Translations under genes and position numbers: made by a program
Assembly (NCBI GenBank): GCA_043228905.1
Contig: JBHGNT010000002.1
Coordinates: 10,850,001 to 10,914,000 of the forward strand
Direction: 5' to 3'
From: Azolla caroliniana
Lineage: Eukaryota > Plantae > Polypodiophyta
DNA length: 64,000 nucleotides
The notes under the pieces: generated by a model
Databases searched by the model: none
The model's input: only the letters and a program-made list of their open reading frames with translations
What the model was told of the DNA's origin: nothing
Part shown: positions 35,626 through 46,062 of the stretch, piece after piece
Layout of the letters: each line of letters begins with the position of its first letter
Numbering within the stretch: the first letter of the stretch is position 1

Positions 35626-38600
35626 ATGTCTAGACCAAACGACGACCACATCACCGAACGAGGGAGACGATACACCGAACGCGAGCAACGACGGGAAGCC
35701 CTGCAGCAAGCCGTCGACGAGATCCGGCGGGATCGGTCATTCTCCAAAACTCTTCGGAGAGTCGCAGAAGAAGCACTGCAGTTCCGGGTTCTGCAAATCC
35801 CCGACGAAGGCAGTAGCATAACAAGCCTGCAAGAGGCGGAAACGATACTACAAACGCTCGCCGGGGGCGACGGGGACTCGGAAGCATTCGCAACACTTGA
35901 GGCGGAGTCGGAAAGCGACGGAAGCGTTGCGTCCCGGTATAAAAGAAGCCACGACACACCAAACGACCGGGGGGAAGAGGGGTCGGAAGACTCAGTAACA
36001 CCGGAGCCAGAGGAAGAAATAACCTTGGAGTTCGGTGACCGGCAATCGCCGAGGGAGGCTGACGGGATACCGACAACACCCGCGAGGGAACCGAAGGAGC
36101 GGATACCGACAACACCCGCGGAGGAACCAAAGGACCGGACACGGGCAACACCCGCGGAGGAACTGAAGGAGCGGATACCGGCACTAACCGCGGAGGAACC
36201 AAAGGTTCTCACACCGACGCCAACAGCGGACAGAGAGTGGAGAAGGCAGGAGAGTCAGTTGGACGACACGATGCCGTACCCATACCCAAAGTACCGTGAT
36301 GAGCCCGACGCGGAGGCACACGTGTACGCATTCCTCCAAACATGGGAAGCCAACCATGTCTCCCAAAGACTGACGGAGCCCGAAGCCGAACGATCCAAAG
36401 TCGCTGAATTCGGCATGACCTTAGAAGGACCGGCGGCTCGATGGCACACAAAGCACTTACCGGGCAGCTTTGCCACATTCGATGCCTTGAAGGCCAGATT
36501 TCTCAGGCTTTTTCACAGACAAGTTGAGCAAAGGGATTTGGTCGGGCAGTTCTACACCACCCGACAGGAAGAGAACGAGACTGTGCCACAATTCATCATT
36601 CGGTTTCAGACCCTGCACAACCAACTGACGAGAGCACCACCCGAAGACGAAGCCAAAGCAGTCTTTTTGGCCGCGCTGAAAGAGCCACTTCGAACAATGT
36701 GCGGAGTCCTTGATTTCCACACCAGCATAATGGACCAAGTTATTGATTGGGTCTTAGAAATGGACAAGACTAGTTCCTTCTTGTTGATGGGGATGTTACA
36801 CCGGGCACTCCCAAAGGAGGAAGACCTGCGGTTCCGACAGGCCTTACAATGCACAACATGCCTAAATTCGGGCCACTCAATAGTAGACTGCACCCTGCGG
36901 ACACAATGTATGATCTGCAACTCTCTAGCCCATACAACGGACCGATGCGAATATAACTTGTTAAATCGGGAGGCAACACCGGTTCGACACATAGAACCGC
37001 GCAATCAGAACCCGGATGAGGATCGATTCCGGAGAGACGACCGCTACCAACGCGAACGCGGTAACAGATACGCTGATAGAAGACGCGATAACTATGACCG
37101 AGAGGAGAAACGCAGAGATAGCTACTCCCAGGACCGGTACGACCGAGACGAATCCCCGGAATACGAACGACGCAGAGAAGAGAGGCGACAAGGGAACCGA
37201 AATTTCCGACGGAATCAGAAGCGTGGATTTTTCCGAAGAGAGGAACGTCGGGAGGCAGCGAGGAATGACAACCCGGTATCGGTACCGGATAACCGAAAAA
37301 CCGAAGACGACCGCCGAAGTATACCCACCCTCCAAACCGGGGACAAAGGAGAAACGAGCAACAGTCACAAGGTGTACTGTTATTACTGCCGTAAGGAAGG
37401 CCACTATAGTAACCAATGCCCAAGCAAAACCAATGACAAGCAGCCGGCAGTCAACATGGTTACAGCCGAAATAACAGAAGTACAGCAGGTCACAACCCGG
37501 TCAAAGGGAAAGACCGCCGAGTGGGAAGCCCAGGAGGCAATAAGAAAACAAGCGGCGCAATGGATCAAGGAGGCCAATGAACAGAATGCGGCAGAAGTAA
37601 GAGACCAAAATATGCCAAAAGACGAAGAAATCATACAGCCAGGAGAAAACCCGACGTGGCAAGCGCTACAGGACTGTCAAATCGTGCTGCCGTTAGCACG
37701 ACTACTACAGTTGGTGCCACGGTTTACGGCGGACTTACAGGCATCCGTGAGCAAACCGAAGCCGACATCAGCACCGACATTCTTCTCCAACCTGGAGGAA
37801 GGACCAGCGGTGGTCGATACAAGTAGCCCGGCGATCACGGCAATCATGAAAGGAAAGGAAATTGCTGGAACGATTATTGACGGAGGCTCCGGGGTAAATG
37901 TCATCAGCCGACAGACATGCGAGAACCTGGGCATCCGGGAATGGAAGCCATGCCCCTTCTGGTTACGCATGGCGGATACCAGCTCAGTCCGACCGACCGG
38001 GATTATCCGGGATTTGGAAGTAATGATCGGAGGCCACGTATTCCGGATATCGGCCGTGGTGCTGCAACTGAATGTACAAGTCGCGTACCCCCTACTGCTA
38101 GGACGACCATGGCTGCGAACGACGCATATCAAGCAGAATTGGCAAAAGAACATGATCACATTCCGGCGAGGGAAAATAAAGGTACGAGTAACGACGCAAC
38201 CACGGGTGATCACCAGTAAGGAAGCAACTCCATTGTATGCGGAAAGCATCAACATGTTGGAGGGATTACCGGACGAGGAAGTCGAGCGGTACCTCAAGGA
38301 ACACCCACGAATCGTCCCACTATTTGAAGTGGATATCACGGCGGTAGTAGAACCGTACATTACGACGCCGGATGAACCGGACCAAGCAGCGATCCGGGAA
38401 CTGCGACAAGCGCAGGAATCCCTAGAGAGGGAAATGACGATATCCCAGAGGGTAAAAGCATCCCAACTAGAGGAGGTGGACCTCGGCACAACAGACAAGC
38501 CCCGACCGGTAAATGTCGCAAAGGAATTGCCGAAGGAAGAAAAGAAGGCAATGGTAGCATTATTAACAGACTTCAAGGATGTGTTCGCGTGGTCGTACGA

Positions 38601-41408
38601 AGACATGCGAGGGCTGGACCCCCAGCTCTATCAGCACCAAATTCACCTAAGTACGGACGCGAAACCGATCGCTCAACGCAGGTACCGGATGAATCCGAAT
38701 TATGCGGCGAAGGTGAAGGAGGAAATTGATAAGCTCCTCTGGGTCGGATTTATCCGACCGGTCAAGCAGGCAACCTGGCTGAGTCCGATAGTGGTGGTCC
38801 CGAAAAAGAACGGAAAAATCCGGGTATGCGTGGACTATCGCAAACTAAATGCCGCAACAGTGACCGATGCGTTTCCACTACCATTTACGGACGGGGTGTT
38901 AGATGCGGTAGCCGGCCATGAAGTTTACAGCTTCCTGGATGGATTTAGCGGCTACAACCAAATACGAATGAACCCGGCCAACCAGGAGAAGATAGCGTTC
39001 GTTACGGAATGGGAAGTGTTCGTCGCGGTCGTGATGATGTTCAGACTAAAGACGGCTCCAGCGACCTTTCAAAGGATAATAATGGAAATTTTCGGGGAAT
39101 ATATCCCCGGTTTTATGCAGCTCTTCCTTGACCATTTCGCGGTCTACAGCCGGCACGGAGAACATCTCGATCACCTCCGGCTGTGCTTGGAGAAGTGCCG
39201 CGAGTACCGGTTGAGTCTGAACCCGACCAAGTGCGTCTTTGGAGTAGCAAGCGGCAACTTACAAGGTCACGTGGTGAGTAAGGAAGGAATCGCGGTAGAT
39301 CCGGATAAAGTCAAGGCGATTCTCGAGGCACCAGCACCAAATAACGCAAAGGCTTTAAGCCGGTTCCTGGGCCAAATAAGGTGGCATAGCCGGATGATAC
39401 GGCACCTCGCAGACTTCGCTACACCATTACATACCGCCGTACACAGGGTACCCTTCCTATGGGTGGAAACGGAGGAGGAAGCCTACCAAGCGTTGAAGCT
39501 TATGCTGTCGCAAGCTCCGGTGGTGCAACCGCCGGATTGGAGTAAAAGCTTTCACGTCTTCGTCGACGCGTCGGACGTAGCAATCGGCAGCGTTCTGATG
39601 CAACTCACGGAGCTGAAATGGTACCGACCGGTGTACTACGCAAGCCGAAAACTCTCAAAAGCCGAACGGAACTACTACACGACGGAACGCGAGGCATTGG
39701 GAATGGTGTATAGTGTCACAAAGTACAGGCACTATCTGCTCGGAAGGAAGTTTTCCTTCCATGTCGACCATTCGGCACTACTCTACCTGGTCTCGAAGGC
39801 ATCCCTGACGGGAAAAATTGCACGATGGACACTGCTGTTACAGGAATTTGAATTCAACATTTTCCACCGACCCGGGGCGCAGCATGCGGTAGCAGACTAC
39901 CTAAGCAGACTCGAATTCGGAGAAGCAGGGGACGGCGTCCAGGATGAGTTCCCCGACGCCGAGTTGTTCCAGATCACGACGAAACCGGCAACGGATGCAA
40001 CGGTAGCCGATGAAGACACGTGGCTAACTGAGATGCATCAGTTCCTGAGCACCGGAGTACCCCCGGAGAACATGGACCGCGATGAAAGGAAAAGGGTAGC
40101 ATTAAGAAGCAGACATTTCTGCTTGGTTGGAGACACCCTCTATCACAAGGGGGCAGATGGCATCTGGAGACGAGCAGTGCGGAGCGATGAGAAGGATTTA
40201 ATCCTCAGGGAAGCCCACTGTGGAATTGCCGGCGGGCATTATGCCGGCGACGCAACCGCTCGGAAAATATGGCAGAGCGGACTGTGGTGGCCTACCACCC
40301 TAAAAGATGCCGTGAAGTATAGCAGAGAATGCGATTTGTGTCAACGACTGGGCCAACCCACGGAGCAGGCCCGGATGCCACACCACCCGGTCTTGCCATT
40401 GGAACCGTTTCAAAAGTGGGGTTTGGACTTTGTCGGTCCCTTCAAGCCACCGGCAATGCGAACCGGAAATCGGTATGTCATAGTGGCGACTGACTATTGC
40501 ACCAAATGGGTAGAATCAAAGGCCTTACGGGACAACACGGCCGCGTCCACGGCAAAGTTCCTGTACGAGTGCATATGGTGCCGATATGGATGCCCGATCG
40601 AGCTTATAAGTGACCAAGGAGGACATTTTCTCGGGCAGGTAGTAGAAAGCCTGACGTCATTTTACGCGGTGGTACATAAAAGGAGTACTCCCTACTACCC
40701 TCAAGCCAATGGACTAGCGGAATCAACGAATAAAACTCTGCAGAACATCCTACGAAAAATCGTTAACGAGAACCGGACCGACTGGGATACGAAATTGCAA
40801 AGCGCGCTATGGGCGTACCAAACAACGTACAAAACCAGCATCCGAACAACCCCGTTCCGACTAGCATTCGGTTTAGAAGCGGTCATGCCGGTAGAGTTCC
40901 AGATCCCCAGCTTACGGATCCAGGTAAAGGAGCGCTTAAGTGAGAAGGAGTCCGAACGAATCCGGCTGGCGACGTTGTTGGAATTAGAAGAAAACCGAAT
41001 AGCCAGCTTACTACAACTCGAACTGGAGCAAAGGAGGAGAAAAGCTTTCGTGGACCGACACCGGCGTGGCAACGAAAAGGAGTTCGAAGTTGGGAAACCG
41101 GTGCTACTATTCCAGACACGGATGGGAAACATGCCGGGAAGTTGCGGTTTCGGTGGACCGGACCGTTCTGGATCACCAAGGAGTACAATGGGTCGTATCA
41201 GCTCGGCACGTTGTCTGGAGATGTCATCGGTAAGTGGGCAAATGGGTTTCGGCTAAAGCCGTATAAGGGAAATATGCCAGCCAACCCGTTCAAGCAAAAC
41301 CCGGAAATCCAGCAAGATGAGGAACCGACACCGACAAACGCTGCTGAAGATATTCGGACCGAGGAAGAACCGACACCGATACTGACAAAGACTATCCCGG
41401 AAAACTGA
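35626..41408 (+). CDS. gag-pol: gypsy gag-pol polyprotein of L (single long ORF; RT catalytic DD changed to DH; frameshift near 41140 in the integrase tail)
   Basis: 1904-aa ORF: capsid-like YPKYRDEPDAEAHV, three CCHC knuckles, protease IIDGGSGVN, RT CVDYRKLN..LDGFSGYNQI..FLDHF, RH VDASD..TEREAL, IN HCG..GHY..CDLC..WGLDFVGP..ISDQG..ANGLAESTN. The tail continues in ORF 41142..41408. No chromodomain. Confidence 0.95.
36065..36205 (+). repeat. ~4 x 36-bp in-frame tandem repeat in the gag N-terminal linker of L
   Basis: Peptide IPTTPAREPKER / IPTTPAEEPKDR / TRATPAEELKER / IPALTAEEPKVL. Confidence 0.85.
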
Positions 41409-41480
41409 CAGAAGGATCCGATATCAATGTGAACCGACCCGAACAAATCGGGGGGGACCAAAAAATGATGTGGTCCAAAC

Positions 41481-41492
41481 AAAGAAAAAAAA

Positions 41493-41529
<37 letters not shown>

Positions 41530-41538
41530 AATAAAAAA
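41481..41538 (+). repeat. (AAAT)n / A-rich tract between pol and the extra ORF (equivalents at 46020-46038 and 54815-54847)
   Basis: Directly visible; same position in L, K and M. Confidence 0.9.
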
Positions 41539-41914
41539 TGACGTGGGCCAAATCGGCGCGAATCATAGTAGTGATGGGGAGATCCCAAGAGGTGGGAGCG
41601 CCACCATGCAACGAAGAGGCGCCATGCAGTAAAGAAGGACGTGCGCGTACTTGCTATTTAAAGCAGGGAACGTGGGCACTCACACGCGGCAAGCAAGAAA
41701 GGACATACTAATTATGGCGGGAGATGAACATGCGTGGGAAACGAAAAAGGGCGGCTCGAGGCAAGAGCCACTATATAAGACACAGGCCTGCGAAGGACTT
41801 ACTTTTTACGAATTTTCCTACACACAGGCGCAGAAGCACAGAAGAGCGATCCGACGCACAGCGCACACACAGCCCGATCCCGAACAACAGACAACAGAAG
41901 AAGAATTCAAAACA

Positions 41915-44345
41915 ATGGTACTATCGGAGGAGGCACGCCAATGGATGAGGGAGAACGGGTTAAAAGGATTGCTGCGTATCGCCGACGCTCCACCACACGC
42001 AGAACCAGAGCAGGCGGCAACATCGATTGATTTATCAGAAATCACGGAAGGAGCGGTGCAGGCGCTCACGGGGATAAAAACAGGAACCGGCAACAAAGGC
42101 AAAACCGGCAGGAAAAGGCAAAGGGAAATCGGCCGAGGAGGAACCGGTAGCGCTCAAACCAATCAATATAACGCTGCGACGGCCGGAACCGGAACCAGAG
42201 GTCTTTATACAAAAGGTCCGTCTGGTAGCCGCACTGGAGGAGGAAGCTGAAACAGAAGACTCATCCGAACCACTGGTAAGACTCCCAACAAGACAAGGTC
42301 GGGAGAGACGGGCGAAAGGACCGGCTCCACCAGTTGACAAAACTCAACAGAGGGCGCAAGGACCACCTCCAGTAGCCGAGGCGGAAGCAGTACCGGAACC
42401 CATACCGAGGGAAGCAGCACTGACACCGGTTGTGCCGGACTTCAGAGAACCGGTCATCCTAGAGAAGAAGAATGAACAAGCGCCGGAGCCAGAGAAAAGG
42501 ACGGAAAAACAGCCTGAGTTAAGGAGTAGAAGTGAGCAAGGCCACCCCGACACAGGAAGCACAAAGCCACAATGGCTGAGATGGCTTTCGGAGCAGTTAT
42601 CGGGAGTAGCGGACCAGTTAGAGGAAGAAGAAACGTGTAGGCAACAGCTGACGCATACAACAACTCAGGAGTTGGTCGCACTCCGAACACAGATCGAGGA
42701 AATGCAAGGGGAGCTGTTGCAGGCAAGGGAAGGAATTCAACAAGCACAAGTTGTCACCGAGCCGGTCGGGACAACAAGGAAGCAACCAGAACCGGAACCG
42801 GAACCGGTAGCCTTGCAAACCGGCCCTGAGACCGAAAAAATAATAGAAAGCTTACGAGAGGAGTTAAAAGCTCAGGAGGCATTAAGGGAAAGAGAAAGGG
42901 AGCAGCGGAAAGCGGTGGAGGACGACAGACGAAAAATGGAAGAAGGCCTCCGGAAAGGCCGAGCTACTAATGACCGACTGCAAGAAGAAAAAGAGAAGCT
43001 GCAAAAGGAGAAGGACCGACTGCGTCGACATGCCGAGCAGGAGATAGAATGACTGCAGGAAGAACTCCGACAACAAAAGGATCGGGACGACCGGTTAAGA
43101 GCTCAGGCAAACCGACGCCTGAAGCAGAAGACGTAGGACTTCGACCGTCTCTACCGAGATCACAAGCAGGCCGAGTCGGACAACAAGAAACGGACAGCAG
43201 ACTACGACCGGCAAATAGAGAAGCTGAAAGAACAGCTCAAAGAGACCCGATTAGATCTGGCTAAGGCAATGGATGAGGTCAGTGCCAAAAAGGAAGCATT
43301 GTCGGTGGAAATAGCCCAAGCGACGGAGAGAAGGAAGGAATTAGAGGCGCTAAGGCGGGAAAAGCTGGATCTGACTAAGATCAGGAATGAAGAAAAGGAA
43401 AGATCGACCTTCACGATCAGCAAACTGCAAAGTACCAATGAAAAGCAGAAAGCGGATTACGAGGCCCAGGCTCAGATAATGGCCGACATTATAAAATGGG
43501 CAAGGAAGGAAAAGCAAGAAGCTTATGCGCATGCTAAGGCGGGGGTTGACAGGATCAAGCTCATCATGTCAGGTTGGAGTACCCGAGCTCAGGCAAGCAT
43601 CAACGAAAGTACGGAAAAGCTATGGAAGGAGTGGACACAACAGGCAGCCGAGCTGCAGACACTCCGAGCGGATGCCGAGAATCGGAGGAAGACCGGTGAC
43701 AAGTTCTACAAGATGGATGAAGAAAGTATCGTCGCCATTCGGGAAGAATTGTCGGAGGATTTCTACGCTTTAGCGGAAGAACATCTCAAAGAAATCCGAG
43801 GGTTGGTAGAGAGGTTGGATGACGGGCAGCTCGCAACTCAGTTGGAGTTGGAGAAATACGAGCAGGACCGGTTATGACAGGAAGCCAAGGGAAGAACGAC
43901 GCCGATCACTATAAGTGAGGGAGAGCGACCGGCTGAAGTTGAACCAACCGACACCGAACAACCCCGACAAGGAATACCCGAAGAAGAACTTCCGTTCGAA
44001 GGAAATCAAGAAGAGCAGGAGCAGACCGATGCCGGAGAAGAAGAAGAGCTTAGACCGGAAGACAGCAGAGCAGAGGAAGAAGGCGTACCGAGCCGACCAG
44101 TCGAGACCGCAGAAAGCGACACTGGTAACAGAACAGAGCCTGGAACAGAGGGAGAAAAGGAAGAACCCGGACGAAGCGGTGAGGAAGCACCGACACCACA
44201 GAATCAAGCAGAGCCGGAGCAGCAAATTTTTACGGAACAGCCAACCCAACCGGAGGTCGGAGACCAGGCAGGCAAGGAACAGGAGGAAGAAGCACCACTT
44301 GACACCATCGAGCAGAGTGTGCTCGATATTTTGGAGGAAGAATGA
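41915..44345 (+). pseudogene. Extra ORF of L (coiled-coil protein), disrupted by stops and a frameshift
   Basis: MVLSEEARQWMRENGLKGLL.., ORFs 42432..43052 and 43269..43877 (LQTLRADAENRRKTGD..IREELSEDF), ending IEQSVLDILEEE*. Confidence 0.85.
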
Positions 44346-44353
44346 GGCCGGGA

Positions 44354-44393
44354 GTGGATTCGAAGTGCAAGGCACTTTCCCACGGGCGTGCCA
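44354..44393 (+). promoter_or_regulatory. tRNA-3'-end-like motif occupying the PPT position of L
   Basis: GTGGATTCGA-AGTGCAAGGCACT-TTCCCACGGGCGTGCCA, then TG, then LTR TGTAGG at 44396. Function is inferred. Confidence 0.78.
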
Positions 44394-44395
44394 TG

Positions 44396-44785
44396 TGTAG
44401 GCCGGTCAGAAGAGCAAGGACGAGTGGGAAGGCGGAGTCGGATCGGATAATAGGAAGTAAATGATAGTAGAATTATTATTCGGAGGGACGGATCCGGTAC
44501 AGTTGTACCGATCCGGATCCGGACCGATTCGGATGTCAGTTGCCTAAGCGCACCGATTGTAACCTTGCCGGATGCCTATAAAAGGATCCGATGATTTGTA
44601 AAGGGCTGGACGGAAGTAATACAAAAGTAATTATTGCGTGGTTATCTGTATCTTCGTATTGTTTACCGTCTATGCTTAATTGTAATTATCTTACGCGTGT
44701 AACCTAGCATCCAATCCTTACCACCCCTTTGGAGAAGTGTCGGATAGACACCTGTGTTGAGGCTAGTCTGGCCAGGCAGACAACA
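44396..44785 (+). repeat. 3' LTR of element L
   Basis: Direct repeat of 35217-35573; followed by TSD ACTGG. Confidence 0.95.
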
Positions 44786-46062
44786 ACTGGTGTTCCCTCC
44801 GTCTTAGAGTCCGAACGTTTCCCAGCTGCCTCAATGGTCCTTGCCGACGACCGTTGCTGGAGGTGCTCCGTAGGCTCGTCCTCTATTTCCTCTTCCTGAG
44901 TCCTGGCATTGAGTTTTGCCGCCAAGGGGTCCGCTTCTCTGTTCACCGGTCGGCGGAGTGTAACCTTTACGGGCCGTACCGGTGGTTCCTCCTGCGCATC
45001 CGTTGGCCGCTTTTGGTTGGTGCTCTCCTTTCCCGCCTGTTCTGCATCCGCCGCCTTCCCCTTAGTGGCCTTAGAGGCCAACAACTTTTGTCTTTTGGAA
45101 GCAGTCTTTGGGGTGCCATCCGTCACTCTTCCCCGCTTCTTGGGTTAGACGGGTTGGACGGGTGGCACAAGCAAGGTGAGCCACTGCGTTACTGCGTGCC
45201 ATATCCTCCGTCCTTCTCGGCCTTCTTTGCCGTCTTTTCCTCTTACGATCTCGATCGCTGCACACAAACCATCTGCGATCAATGCCGGTCAATCCACCTT
45301 GATCCCTTCATAGGTGGCGATGATCATCCCTGCCCAGTTCTGCGGCATGACAGGGGGTCTAGGGTACACATGGCCGTATTTGTGGAGCACATGGGCAATC
45401 TCGCGGAACAACATATCTTCGCCGCCCTGTGTCCGGTAGCCCTTGCTGGCTAGGGAGTACTCACCAAAATACTTGATGAGTTGCTCCAAGGTCAGATTGT
45501 CGATCGTGAATATGCCTCCCTCCGAAAGGCCTGTTAACACACGGATCACCTCATCCGTTATGACCTCTGTGTCGATTTCTTTGATCACCTTGTTGGCTTC
45601 TTTGTGTGGCGGTACCTCCATAATCGTCAAGAAACCCTCGAGCCCGTGTTGCTTTAGCCATTTCTTAGCGGCTTCCGACAGCGTTTGCGGGTCCATGTCT
45701 GTGTCGAGGTCGGATTGTGGTGGCGAGGCTGGCTGGTGATGAGAGAGAGAGTTCAGAAAGTGGGGGTTCTCTGTGCGTAGGTTCTCGTCTGTTGATCTTC
45801 CAGCGCCTTGGTGCTTCTGTGCTCCTGGGTTCGCGAAAGTAGAGGGTCTCCACGCGCAGTGGTTTTTCTCTATGCATTCTGGCGCCTTTTTCGAGTGTGT
45901 GCACGTCGTGTACTAAAATAGCATTATGTCTTGTGGTGGCGCTTAAATGCCCACTACATACCTTTTCGCTCCTCACTCTCTCGTTCATTCATACCTCACT
46001 TTTGCATGATTACTTCGCCTTTTTTTTTTTTTTTTTTTGATAAATTTTAATGTGGTGTGAGG

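Larger units (their letters stand above)
35217..44785 (+). mobile_element. Full-length Ty3/gypsy element L with extra 3' ORF
   Basis: LTRs 35217-35573 (357 bp) and 44396-44785 (390 bp); TSD GCTGG/ACTGG; PBS at 35580; gag-PR-RT-RH-IN order. Confidence 0.96.
33330..45696 (-). pseudogene. Extra ORF of K (N-part 44791-45696, C-part 33330-35216), split by element L
   Basis: MDPQTLSEAAKKWLKQHGLEGFL.. and coiled-coil fragments (ORFs 34416..34877 and 33330..34229) align closely with the extra ORF of M. Confidence 0.88.

Noticed and set aside
37677-38606. Long antisense ORFs over gag-pol (also 48861-49676 and 50261-51025)
   Set aside because: Shadow frames of GC-rich coding sequence with no recognisable motifs; not maintained as intact ORFs across copies.
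44354-44393. A real tRNA gene or SINE at the 3' end of L
   Set aside because: Only the T-arm and acceptor 3' strand are present; there is no A box, D-arm or anticodon arm, and upstream sequence is coding.
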